Below are positions 20,239 to 29,647 of a DNA stretch of 64,000 nucleotides, piece after piece. The position numbers and the translations under genes are program-made. The stretch is from Candidatus Omnitrophota bacterium (GTDB lineage: Bacteria; Omnitrophota; Gorgyraeia; Gygaellales; Profunditerraquicolaceae): positions 5,340-69,339 of the forward strand of contig JAZDMX010000008.1 of assembly GCA_043800555.1 (NCBI GenBank), in the 5' to 3' direction. The notes below the pieces were generated by a model. The model made no database searches, had not been told where the DNA came from, and was given only the letters and a program-made list of their open reading frames with translations. Each line of letters starts with the position of its first letter. Position 1 is the first letter of the stretch.

Positions 20239-21398
20239 ATAATTTTGAGCATGTTGATCTTTGGATTATTATTTAAAGCGTTACGGTAAACATAAAGAAT
20301 AATTAGAATTGTCCAGAAAAATATTGAATAATTAGCTTCAAGAACAAACGATACTACTAGCCATCCTATATATATTCCTAAAACAGGGAAACTTCTTTTA
20401 GAAAATAGACTGACAAACAGCTTAATTATAATTATAAAAAAAGGCAAAGCGCCAATAATCCCAAACTGGATTAGGAATGTAAGGAAAGTGTTGTGGGCTG
20501 ACAAGCTAGCAGATAATAAATTTGTTGTATATGCTAAACCTTGTCCCCAAAGAGGTTTATTGGTAAAAGCGTTTAGTCCTTGCTCCCATTTATATATTCT
20601 ATATATGTTACTATTATCTAAAATATAATTTCTCTCAAAGAATCTTTGGAAAGTTTGAATGGGTAAAAAAGAATACAATACTACGAAAAGAACAATAGCT
20701 AGCAGTAAAATGCTATAAAAGTTTATCTTTTTAAATCCTATAGTAGCAAACCCGATACCAATAAATAATGCTAACATTGCTCCGCGAGAGCCTGTAAGAA
20801 GTACTCCGGAAGATATTAGGATAAAAAGAATTAGGAAAAATGTTCTTTCTCTTTTTTCTTCTCTAGCCAAGAATCTAATCCAACAGAGTACCGCTGGAAA
20901 ATACATAAAAGCTCCCAGAAAATTACAGTCTACAAAATCACCATTACTGAGCGAAATTGTATATCTAAATGTACCGGACCAGTCATACATTTCTCTCTTG
21001 TAAAGAATAATTAGCAAAGTTATTATTGTCGAAGAAATAATATAGCCATTGCACATAATTTTTAATTTTTCCAGATCGTAATCCCTAGGAATAGTCAGTA
21101 AAAAAAACAAAGCCAACCATAGACAGTATGAAAGAAATACGCCAGTAGTAACATAGGAAAACATTAGGTTGCCAGCAACCTTTAGACATAAAATAGAAAA
21201 AAATACCAGAGCACTATAATGCTCTATTCCCATCTTTCTAAAGTTTCCTTTTGATTCTATGATAGCAACAAAAAATATTAATACTGGAAGAAAATAATAA
21301 TTCGTTATTCCAAGATATTTATCATTTGCAAAAATTATCATGACAAGGAATAAGGAAAATAAATATGCGCTTGGTGTATTCCTTTTATTAAGTTTCAT
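20235..21398 (-). CDS. Wzy polymerase / O-antigen ligase family membrane protein
   Basis: About 10 TMs; LLTGSRGA, R..KW..G....KPLWGQG, AHNTFL. Confidence 0.85.
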   Translation of the reverse strand: MKLNKRNTPSAYLFSLFLVMIIFANDKYLGITNYYFLPVLIFFVAIIESKGNFRKMGIEHYSALVFFSILCLKVAGNLMFSYVTTGVFLSYCLWLALFFLLTIPRDYDLEKLKIMCNGYIISSTIITLLIILYKREMYDWSGTFRYTISLSNGDFVDCNFLGAFMYFPAVLCWIRFLAREEKRERTFFLILFILISSGVLLTGSRGAMLALFIGIGFATIGFKKINFYSILLLAIVLFVVLYSFLPIQTFQRFFERNYILDNSNIYRIYKWEQGLNAFTNKPLWGQGLAYTTNLLSASLSAHNTFLTFLIQFGIIGALPFFIIIIKLFVSLFSKRSFPVLGIYIGWLVVSFVLEANYSIFFWTILIILYVYRNALNNNPKINMLKII

Positions 21399-21461
21399 AT
21401 GTTTATTATGTAAAAAATATTTCTAATTCAATAATTTCTAATAAAAGTCTTTGTGGAATTA

Positions 21462-22514
21462 TTAAATTACCATCTTTCCAAATCTTCCACGCACTCCGTC
21501 TTTAATTGCTTTTATTACGAGGGCAAGCTTTTTTAGGCTTCGGTCAAAAATAATAATAGAAGTTATATATTTAAGCGCTATAAAATAAAACAAAGCATAG
21601 GCTTTAAAAGGCTCAAAGCACGAATATTTCCTAATATACTGGAACACGAGAAATTTATTCCTAATGCCGTAATAAAATGGACTATCGGAAGTCCCCCTTT
21701 TTTTCTTAATCCACAAAAACCTTTTTTCGATGATTCTCGGTTTTATTTTCTTTATAAAATAAACATTATGAAGATATATAACGTTAGTATAGAGTGAGGC
21801 TAAGAAACCATAAATCGTGTCATCTTGACAAATAAAGAATCTTTTGTCCGGATAGCCAATATTTTTAATAAGGTTACTATTTATTAGCATCCCTTCAAAA
21901 CATCCTTGGTTAACACTTGTAAACAATTTTTCATTTTTTAACGATGAAGTTTCCAATTCATATGATCTGTATAAAGTAAATCCTGTAGTATAATCTATAA
22001 AATTCTCCCAATAAAAAGGTTCACTATCAAAGTACTTTTTCCTAGGATGAATACATTGAGAAAATGATTGAAAATTTAGCATTGATGACAATGTTGGAGG
22101 ATCTTCTGGGCTTACATCATCATCCATCAACCACAACCAACCATATCCAGCTTCATAGCCACGCTTAACACCTTCGTGAAAACCACCGGCACCACCGGTA
22201 TTTTCATGCATGCGCACATAATGGACCATTATATCTCTATTTATATGTTCTTCTGAAAGCATCTTAACGGTATTAGTCTCTTCTATCGGTTCTGTTTCAG
22301 TATGCAGAATTAGCTTAATGTATCCCTTTTCTAACAAGATCTCCGGAGTTCCATCTGTTGAATCATTATCTATAATGTATATAGCATCAACAGGATGTGT
22401 TTGTTTACGAAGCGCATCGAGACACTCTAATAGCAACACTTTTCTATTGTACGTTACCACGACTGCCGCTATTGTCTGTTTTGATTCTGTTTTATTTACG
22501 ATATCATTACTCAT
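21462..22514 (-). CDS. GT2 glycosyltransferase, probable galactofuranosyltransferase
   Basis: AAVVVTYNR, ENTGGAGGF, WLWLMDDD, FFICQDD; directly downstream of glf. Confidence 0.85.
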   Translation of the reverse strand: MSNDIVNKTESKQTIAAVVVTYNRKVLLLECLDALRKQTHPVDAIYIIDNDSTDGTPEILLEKGYIKLILHTETEPIEETNTVKMLSEEHINRDIMVHYVRMHENTGGAGGFHEGVKRGYEAGYGWLWLMDDDVSPEDPPTLSSMLNFQSFSQCIHPRKKYFDSEPFYWENFIDYTTGFTLYRSYELETSSLKNEKLFTSVNQGCFEGMLINSNLIKNIGYPDKRFFICQDDTIYGFLASLYTNVIYLHNVYFIKKIKPRIIEKRFLWIKKKRGTSDSPFYYGIRNKFLVFQYIRKYSCFEPFKAYALFYFIALKYITSIIIFDRSLKKLALVIKAIKDGVRGRFGKMVI

Positions 22515-23620
22515 AGCTTTTCATAATCCTCTAGTACTTTTTCAATAACATGGTTCATATCATAATATTTGTATTCCGCAAGGCGGCCGCCGAAAAAGAC
22601 ATTTTTCTCCTTGCGCGCTAATTCTTCGTATTGTCCTAGAATCTTCTTATCCTGAGGAGAGTTCACCGGGTAATATGGTTCATCGTTATGAACACAAGAG
22701 TATTCTTTTATAATCACCGTTGTGTTCGGTTTATACTGTTTTTCGCGATGCATATGCTTCGGTTCATGGATTCTGGTATACGAAACATCCGAGTCGGCAA
22801 AGTTCATGACACTCGTCCCTTGATAATCGTCAATTTCCAATCGTTCCATTTCAAAGCGCACCGATCGCCATTGCAAGCGTCCAAAGTTATAATCGAAGTA
22901 CCGGTCTATAGGCCCGGTGTAAATAATCTTTCCCGACAGTTCTAACCAATGCTGTTTCTGTGCGAAAAAGTCTGTATTTAATTCAACCGGAATATCTTTA
23001 AGCATACGTTCAAATATTCTCGTATACCCATCTTTCGGAAGTCCTGAATAGAGATCATTGTAATATGCATCAAAATAGGAATTACGTACCGGGAGCCGCG
23101 TAATAATCTCGGGGGGCAAATCTTTAGGATCGCAATTCCACTGTTTTATTGTGTAATTTTTAATAAAAGCTTCGTATAATTCAACGCCGATTAAACTGAT
23201 TGCCTTTTCTTCAAGATTCTTCGGATGCTCAATATGCGGCCGCTTTGATGCGATAAAAGCATCCACTTCGCCGGGTTTGAGATTTATTCCATAGAACGCG
23301 TTGATCGTCCCCAGATTGATCGGCATCGCATATACTTTATTTTTATGCGTCGTCAAAACCCGGTGCTGATACCGGTTGAACTCATTAAAGCTATTAACAT
23401 AATCCCATACTTCTTTATTGTTGGTATGGAATATATGCGTACCATACTTATGCACTGTAATGTTCGTATCTTCATATTCGTATGAATAACAATTACCGCC
23501 GATGTGGTTTCTTTTCTCAAGAATAAGAACGCTTTTACCGCTAGAATGCAAGCGTTCAGCTAAAACAGCACCATAAAAACCACAGCCAACAATGATATAA
23601 TTATATTTTTCCATGGACAT
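22511..23620 (-). CDS. glf: UDP-galactopyranose mutase
   Basis: IVGCGFYG, HIGGNC, HKYGTHIFHT, EPYYP, GRLAEYKYYDM. Confidence 0.97.
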   Translation of the reverse strand: MSMEKYNYIIVGCGFYGAVLAERLHSSGKSVLILEKRNHIGGNCYSYEYEDTNITVHKYGTHIFHTNNKEVWDYVNSFNEFNRYQHRVLTTHKNKVYAMPINLGTINAFYGINLKPGEVDAFIASKRPHIEHPKNLEEKAISLIGVELYEAFIKNYTIKQWNCDPKDLPPEIITRLPVRNSYFDAYYNDLYSGLPKDGYTRIFERMLKDIPVELNTDFFAQKQHWLELSGKIIYTGPIDRYFDYNFGRLQWRSVRFEMERLEIDDYQGTSVMNFADSDVSYTRIHEPKHMHREKQYKPNTTVIIKEYSCVHNDEPYYPVNSPQDKKILGQYEELARKEKNVFFGGRLAEYKYYDMNHVIEKVLEDYEKL

Positions 23621-24884
23621 AACCCGCTTTAAGTATGCCTTTTTTATGAAGATACAAGAACATCGTCAGCGTAACAAAAGATTCGGTAGTCAGAACTGCC
23701 ACCGCAAGCCCTATGTGTTTGAAAAACGGCACCAGTATCAAGGCAAGTGGTATATTAATAAATCCCGCCGCGATGAGTATTCTTGAAAATGCCTCTTTCA
23801 TATTAAATGTTATCATTGTCTGAATACCAAAGATATTGCTAAGAGCAATTATAAACGGCAGGAAAGCAAGTATTCTCAAAACAGTGATGGATTCTGTAAA
23901 TTGCGCGCCAAGAAGTAATCTCACTATTGGCCCAGAAAGGACGAATATACTCAACGATATCGCAAAGCTTCCTCCTCCAATAATAAAAAGAGCTTTTTTA
24001 ATAAAATGCACAGCCCTTTCTTTTGAATCTGCTACAAGTTTACTTATATGTGGGTAAATAGTCTGTGAAATAGGGTTAAGCAGCTTTTGCCCGCTCTTTA
24101 TTATTCTCTCGGCGGCGCTGTAATAACCGACGATCGTATTATTAGTGAAAAGCCCAAGAATAAAGGTATTACTGGTTGTATAAAGGCTTATGGCTGCAGT
24201 TGAGATAAAGATATGCCATCCATCTTTGAATTCATCCGCTATATCCACAACTGAAACCAGCTTTAGGCGTACATGAAATCTTTTTACGGCGATAGCTATA
24301 CTAAGAATACCTGTAGTTATACCGCCTATTGCGGCTAGAAGCGGAACATAAAAGTAGTCCCCCTGTTTCTTAACAAATACGAATACCGCTACCAAAAAGA
24401 TTGTTTTCGCAATAAGGTTAAGGAATGCTATAAGTTTCATCTTTTCCATTCCCTGAAACAGCCATATCGGGAATAAAATATTGCTTATTACAAAAGCGAA
24501 GCAACAATAATACAATCCCCAGTCGGCCCTGAATTTCGGGATTGAAAATACTAGCGCTGAAAGTATCATAAAACTTAATAACATAAGACAGAATTTGATA
24601 AGCATTACCGAGCTAAAAATACGCGATACCTTTTCGATATCATTACGATGAATTGATACGTTCCTATTCGCGGAGAGGTTAAACCCGTAATCGGTAAGAA
24701 GCACAAAATACTGGACAAATGCCTGCGCGAAGGCAATAAGGCCAAACTTCTCCACCCCGAGCACCCTTACCAGATACGGCAAGGTAATGAGAGGAAATAG
24801 ATAATTCGCCACTTCAACCGATGAGAGGCTGAAGAAATTAGTTATTAATTTCCTTTTATCTTTAGTAAAATTAGTTATGGTCAT
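23601..24884 (-). CDS. wzx: Wzx flippase (RfbX-like)
   Basis: PLITLPYLVRVLGVEKFG, DYGFNLSA, WLFQGMEKM, VGYYSAAE; about 12 TMs. Confidence 0.93.
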   Translation of the reverse strand: MTITNFTKDKRKLITNFFSLSSVEVANYLFPLITLPYLVRVLGVEKFGLIAFAQAFVQYFVLLTDYGFNLSANRNVSIHRNDIEKVSRIFSSVMLIKFCLMLLSFMILSALVFSIPKFRADWGLYYCCFAFVISNILFPIWLFQGMEKMKLIAFLNLIAKTIFLVAVFVFVKKQGDYFYVPLLAAIGGITTGILSIAIAVKRFHVRLKLVSVVDIADEFKDGWHIFISTAAISLYTTSNTFILGLFTNNTIVGYYSAAERIIKSGQKLLNPISQTIYPHISKLVADSKERAVHFIKKALFIIGGGSFAISLSIFVLSGPIVRLLLGAQFTESITVLRILAFLPFIIALSNIFGIQTMITFNMKEAFSRILIAAGFINIPLALILVPFFKHIGLAVAVLTTESFVTLTMFLYLHKKGILKAGYVHGKI

Positions 24885-24920
24885 AATTTGCGCCAGCTAT
24901 TTGGGTTAGCCCTAGCAATC

Positions 24921-25889
24921 TTACACTATTCGTTCTAATTCGCTTTTCAGTATCGCCTCAAGATCGTATTCTGGCTGCCAGCCGAGAATTGTTTTTGCTT
25001 TTTCGGATGAAGCAACAACAGTTTCAACATCGCCCGGTCTGCGGGGCCCAACAGCATAAGGAACTTCACAATTAGCTGTTTTTGCCGCGGTTTCAATTAC
25101 TTCCAGCACGGAAAATCCAGCTCCATTCCCAAGATTGAATACTTCATTTTCTACGCCTCTTTCAAACGCTGATAGGGCTAAAAGATGCGCTTGGCATAAA
25201 TCCAGGACATGGATGAAATCACGGATGCCTGTGCCATCGGATGTTTTGTAATCTGTCCCGTAAACAGTAAGCTTGCCTTTCCCGCGCAAGGCGCGCATAG
25301 TATTGGAAATCAAATGCGTCGGTTCCGGCCTTCCCTTTACCGGCCACTTGTAACGGGTGTCCCATCCGGCAACGTTGAAATAGCGCAGCGCGATAAACTC
25401 GATACCGCCAGCCTGCGCTGCGTCGGCAAGTATTTTTTCTGACATCAGTTTTGAAGCGCCATACGGGCTTAGGGGGATAGTTGGTTCGTTTTCGGTTACC
25501 GGCATATGTTTTGGCGAGCCATATACCGCTGCCGTTGAGGAAAACACGATCTTACGCGCGTCATGGTCGCGCATAGCCTGCAAAAGGTTCAACGTGCCGC
25601 CGACGTTATTGCGGTAATACATAACCGGCTCTTTCATCGATTCAGGAACCACGATTTTTGCCGCAAAATGCATAGCCGCGTCAATATGGAATTTGTCAAA
25701 TACGCGCTGAATTGCCGGGAGAGAACAGAGGTCGCCTTTTACAAAGCGGGCCTTCTTTGCGATCCAGGGTTTGATGCCGGTTGAAAGGTTGTCAAATATC
25801 ACAACTTTATGCCCGGTTTCAAGGAGCATACGCGCCATATGCGCTCCGATGTATCCTGCTCCTCCGGTAACAAGGATTGTTTTTTTCAT
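24921..25889 (-). CDS. galE: UDP-glucose 4-epimerase
   Basis: TGGAGYIG, FSSTAAVYG, YGASK, LRYFNVAG, RDFIHV, RRPGD. Confidence 0.95.
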   Translation of the reverse strand: MKKTILVTGGAGYIGAHMARMLLETGHKVVIFDNLSTGIKPWIAKKARFVKGDLCSLPAIQRVFDKFHIDAAMHFAAKIVVPESMKEPVMYYRNNVGGTLNLLQAMRDHDARKIVFSSTAAVYGSPKHMPVTENEPTIPLSPYGASKLMSEKILADAAQAGGIEFIALRYFNVAGWDTRYKWPVKGRPEPTHLISNTMRALRGKGKLTVYGTDYKTSDGTGIRDFIHVLDLCQAHLLALSAFERGVENEVFNLGNGAGFSVLEVIETAAKTANCEVPYAVGPRRPGDVETVVASSEKAKTILGWQPEYDLEAILKSELERIV

Positions 25890-25893
25890 AGGT

Positions 25894-25987
25894 TTACTTT
25901 AGATAAGGCGTATATTTATCAACGGTTTTCCGGTAATTCCTGCTATAAGGCTTAAGCTCAAGCGCCTGAGCAAGTCGGGTAAAGATG
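25894..25987. repeat. Gene-tail repeat copy 3 (orphan 3' end of the TPR-like gene, 4 nt upstream of galE)
   Basis: Minus strand reads IFTRLAQALELKPYSRNYRKTVDKYTPYLK*; 68/75 identical to 29682-29756, weaker match over a further 19 nt. Confidence 0.92.
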
Positions 25988-26313
25988 CCCTCTATCTAAC
26001 AATTCAAATTTATCTGCAAGCATAGAAATAATCAGACTTAATCAATCCGCATAGCCAATGGCTGAGGATACCAATTTAATCGTCCATCCGTCGTTTTGGC
26101 GGTCATGAAGCGGACGAGTCGTTGTTTAACAAAAGGTAAAAAAGGAATCGGTCTGTACTGAACAACCACAGCTATGTCAGCAAAACTAACGGGACTAATA
26201 TTAAACTGCCTCAAAGGGAATCTGACAGTATATTTATCAGTGTTTTAGCTTCACTGCCATTATGCCTTTTGGCCTGTTATAAAACTACAGGCCATGGTTT
26301 TTCCCCTTCTGCG

Positions 26314-27345
26314 TCAAACTGCGCAGTTTATTCCATTAATTTGTTCTTCGATGACCCGCAGTTTTTCTATAATACGCTCAAATGACGGTGGCTCTTCAAA
26401 AAACATTTGCTGCATCTGGCGGTAATCATTTTTCAGTTGGTTCATTTGATCATCGCGGGGCACTAACCGTAAACTACCCGCGCTTGCTTTATCGTAGCGC
26501 GCCCGGTTATCTTTAAAAAACAAGGATTTATGCTCAGAAACATGTTTCAATAACGATATGTTTTCCAGAGCCCGTTTATATATAGGCGATCCTGCCATCG
26601 CGTATACATCATAATAATGCCGTGACATTCGCAATGGCACATTTTTTTCAGGCGGATAATGATATATCATATGCAAAATTGTCGCTTTCTCCCAAAAAGT
26701 CCGTTCCGCGGCTAAAACACGCACAGAAGCCCCTGTAATTGACTTTTCACCGAGAATACCTGCAATATATGGAATAGCTACGGCGGTTTCAACCGGCCAA
26801 TGGTCAGACCGGGCGCCAAATTCAATTTTGACTGAAGGCCTTACATAGTTTTCGCTAACGCCCGACATAGCCTGAGGAAAAGTAAACAAAACCGTTTGCC
26901 TATCCGCATCATCCTGAGCCAGCTCAGTCCCCCACTCTCCGTTATCAGAAAGGACTGCCGCGATCGCCTGCTTTAAATCAGGAAGAATAATTTTATCAAT
27001 TTTCATCTTGCAAGCCACTTGCAATTCTTTAAGCCTTTTTTGGTTTTCCTTATTGCTCTTTCCTCTATCCGGTTCGGTAACCGCCGTATTTGACAAAAAC
27101 AGCCGCTCTATCGAGATATCAATATCCTCCGAAAAACGCTTAATAACATTAAAACATTTCGAGAGAGATGTCCCTCCTTTAAAAGTCAAATGCGCGCTAA
27201 TCTCCGGCAATGAAAAAAGGATTTTTAGTATCCAGCATACCCAAAAATCTTTTTCAACCAATTGCGGCATTATGCCTAAATTAGCCGCGGCTGCTTCAAA
27301 GTACGCGCGTTTATCTTTATTCGATAGTAATGCAAATTTATTCAT
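26314..27345 (-). CDS. AbiEii/AbiGii-family nucleotidyltransferase toxin (type IV TA)
   Basis: VEKDFWV, FKGGTSLSK, RFSEDIDI, ERTFWEKATILH, SRHYYD. Confidence 0.92.
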   Translation of the reverse strand: MNKFALLSNKDKRAYFEAAAANLGIMPQLVEKDFWVCWILKILFSLPEISAHLTFKGGTSLSKCFNVIKRFSEDIDISIERLFLSNTAVTEPDRGKSNKENQKRLKELQVACKMKIDKIILPDLKQAIAAVLSDNGEWGTELAQDDADRQTVLFTFPQAMSGVSENYVRPSVKIEFGARSDHWPVETAVAIPYIAGILGEKSITGASVRVLAAERTFWEKATILHMIYHYPPEKNVPLRMSRHYYDVYAMAGSPIYKRALENISLLKHVSEHKSLFFKDNRARYDKASAGSLRLVPRDDQMNQLKNDYRQMQQMFFEEPPSFERIIEKLRVIEEQINGINCAV

Positions 27346-27351
27346 AATTTT

Positions 27352-27951
27352 TTAGTCCTGCAGTTGCCTAAATACCGGCCCTATCCACGCAGGGGCATAG
27401 CGAAGATCGCGCATAAGACGGCGCTTATCGTTTCCGGTCAATCTTTTTTTAAGTATTCCTATTATTTTATCATCCGCATGGCCTTTTCCTAAATACCGCA
27501 AAGCCTGAATAACTAAACCGCTGATATTCCCGGCAGCCGCCATATTCTTGGGTGTTGTCCTTTTTAAAATAATCTGCTGTTTTTCAACCTGAACTATCCT
27601 GTTGGCGCCATCGGTTAAGAAAACAATTTTCGCCGGCACCTGCTCGGTTAAGCCCAGAAGATTGGCGGCGTATGCCCCGGAAGGCTGAATTTTCAAGTTA
27701 TCCCTTCCCGCTAATGCTTGAGCGATGCGTTCATAATTCGCGGGCAACTCTCCCAATACGGGATGCTTCTTCGGGTAATCATACAAACCGCGCGCGAGCC
27801 GCCGGATAGCGCCGGAGATTGCTAAACGCTCTAAAGCCTTAGCTACTGCCGCGCGGCTTCCAAGGTCAAAAAAGTGAGCTGGAGTAAATACCCAACCCCT
27901 CTTTTTACCATGAATTCTGCTAGCTACTCTATTATCGACATATTTTATCAT
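27352..27951 (-). CDS. DUF6088-type (AbiEi-like) antitoxin
   Basis: WVFTPAHFFDLGSRAAVAKALERL..IRRLARGLYDYPK, PSGAYAANLLGLTEQVP, LVIQALRYLGK, APAWI; start moved to MIKY, downstream of the promoter. Confidence 0.85.
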   Translation of the reverse strand: MIKYVDNRVASRIHGKKRGWVFTPAHFFDLGSRAAVAKALERLAISGAIRRLARGLYDYPKKHPVLGELPANYERIAQALAGRDNLKIQPSGAYAANLLGLTEQVPAKIVFLTDGANRIVQVEKQQIILKRTTPKNMAAAGNISGLVIQALRYLGKGHADDKIIGILKKRLTGNDKRRLMRDLRYAPAWIGPVFRQLQD

Positions 27952-27968
27952 AATATCAACCTTTTTCC

Positions 27969-28007
27969 TGTCGCAAAAAGTATATACTTTTTGCGACAAA
28001 ATGTCAA
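27969..28007 (-). promoter_or_regulatory. sigma70 promoter overlapped by a perfect 30-bp palindrome (candidate antitoxin operator)
   Basis: TTGACA(28002-28007)-17 nt-TATACT(27979-27984); palindrome tgtcgcaaaaagtatatactttttgcgaca at 27969-27998. Confidence 0.85.
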
Positions 28008-28054
28008 GTATTCTTTCTTCTTGGCCGTTTCGCTGCTGCGGAGGCGGCTGGTGT

Positions 28055-28089
28055 TAGGAAAACCAGGGGACAGGCCCAGGGTTTTCCTA
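28055..28089. repeat. Short GGGGAC-containing palindrome at the cassette edge
   Basis: taggaaaacc-aggggacaggcccag-ggttttccta; one arm includes the TAG stop of gene-tail copy 2. Confidence 0.6.
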
Positions 28090-28169
28090 TTTTAAGTAAG
28101 GCGCGTATTTATCAACGATTTTCCGGTAATTCTGGCTATAAGGCTTAAGCTCAAGCGCCTGGGTTAGCT
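28087..28169. repeat. Gene-tail repeat copy 2
   Basis: Minus strand reads LTQALELKPYSQNYRKIVDKYAPYLK*; 79/83 identical to 29682-29764. Confidence 0.95.
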
Positions 28170-28967
28170 AAGTAAGTTAATGAAGGTTTCCGGGGCAAGA
28201 AGCTCAAGCTCATTTTGATCCTCAAGAAACCTCCTGACTTCATCCCTCACTTTTTCCCAGTCTAAAGTTTTAACAACTTTCTTAATTTCCTCTTTCCAGT
28301 TTTCTGGAGTAAACTTAAGCGGCTCTTTAAAAGTTTGAGCCATGGCATTGTTCAACATAATGTAATTAGGCTCTACATCTTTAAATTTAGACAAATACCA
28401 GATCAAATCATACCAGTCCCTTCCCTTGGTATATTTCCGGCACAATAAAGCGTGAATCTTTCCGGCGAATAATGATTTAAGGTCATAATGCAGGATATAG
28501 AACATAAACGGAGAATTAACCATAGTATGCGCTTCAACTCCTCCTGCGGGAGGGCGAGAGTCGATTTCTACTTTAATTAAGAACTTTTCATCTTTCAGCG
28601 GGCTTAAACCGTTTTCAAGCAGAATACCGGAAAATTTCAACAAAGCGCTACTTACCGCCAGATGCGTTTTTGTTTTAATCTCTAATGAGTAGCCGGCCTG
28701 TTTAAACTCCTGCGCGATATCGCGCATCATCGCGTTAAAATCAATCTGTTTAGCTCTGGAAGAAAGGCTAAAATCAATGTCTTCGGAAAACCGCTTAATC
28801 CGGTAAATAAAGCGCAAGGCCGTGCCTCCCGTAAAAACCATTTCTTGGTAATATTTTTTGCGATAAAGGACATACAAAAAATACGCCTGAATATATTCGC
28901 GGATACGGTTTAGGTTATCATCCGCGGACGCATTTTTATTTACGATTGATTTAATGTAGCCTCTCAT
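28164..28967 (-). CDS. AbiEii/AbiGii-family nucleotidyltransferase toxin (type IV TA)
   Basis: REYIQ, FTGGTALR, RFSEDIDF, KVEID, LFAGKIHALLCR, KGRDWYD. Confidence 0.92.
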   Translation of the reverse strand: MRGYIKSIVNKNASADDNLNRIREYIQAYFLYVLYRKKYYQEMVFTGGTALRFIYRIKRFSEDIDFSLSSRAKQIDFNAMMRDIAQEFKQAGYSLEIKTKTHLAVSSALLKFSGILLENGLSPLKDEKFLIKVEIDSRPPAGGVEAHTMVNSPFMFYILHYDLKSLFAGKIHALLCRKYTKGRDWYDLIWYLSKFKDVEPNYIMLNNAMAQTFKEPLKFTPENWKEEIKKVVKTLDWEKVRDEVRRFLEDQNELELLAPETFINLLS

Positions 28968-29605
28968 TAGATTTTTACGTACTCCCGCGCTTCAAGTTTA
29001 ACAAAATCAATAAATGACCGGCTGGCTTTTCTTACTCTGCCGGGGTATGCCTGGCTAAATTCGTGGAAACGTTTGAGTTTAAGGATCTCCAGGTTCTGGA
29101 AGCGGAATGCCTCAAACTCTCCGGGAGCGCCTTGAACATGTTCACGGAAATAGAAGAAATCCAAAATGGCTTTTTCCGGCAGAGCAATGAAAAAATCCTG
29201 ATTATTAGCTGAAACTTTGGTAAAACCGGAAAACAAGCTTTCCTTTACAGAACAATACTCAAATCTGCCCAAAGCATTAGTAAACGTCTGGGTTTTTTTG
29301 GGCGTGACTGAACTATACACAGTAACTTTTTCGGGAATAAGGTCATAGTAGCCAAGCGCGTATTCAAGGCTCAAATATGAAGGCATAACAAGGTAATTGG
29401 CAATGAATCGCGGTGAAGGCGCAATCTTGCAGTAAGTATCGCTAAAGACGTATACGCCTTTCTTGAGTTGAAGAAGGTAGCCTTTTTTTACCCATCCGCT
29501 TACCTGCCGCCTGATATCCGCGAGACTTTCATCTAGCATAGCAAAACTTGATGAGTCAATAATCGCGTTATCGCCGAAGTTTTGAAGGAATTCGTCAAAT
29601 TTCAT
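28967..29605 (-). CDS. AbiEi-family antitoxin
   Basis: WVKKGYLLQLKKGVY, PSYLSLEYALGYYDLIPE, ALPEKAILDFFY; 1-nt overlap with the toxin start. Confidence 0.9.
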   Translation of the reverse strand: MKFDEFLQNFGDNAIIDSSSFAMLDESLADIRRQVSGWVKKGYLLQLKKGVYVFSDTYCKIAPSPRFIANYLVMPSYLSLEYALGYYDLIPEKVTVYSSVTPKKTQTFTNALGRFEYCSVKESLFSGFTKVSANNQDFFIALPEKAILDFFYFREHVQGAPGEFEAFRFQNLEILKLKRFHEFSQAYPGRVRKASRSFIDFVKLEAREYVKI

Positions 29606-29647
29606 TTCTTTTCTCTTTATTGATATTTTTATCTATCTACAGAAACA

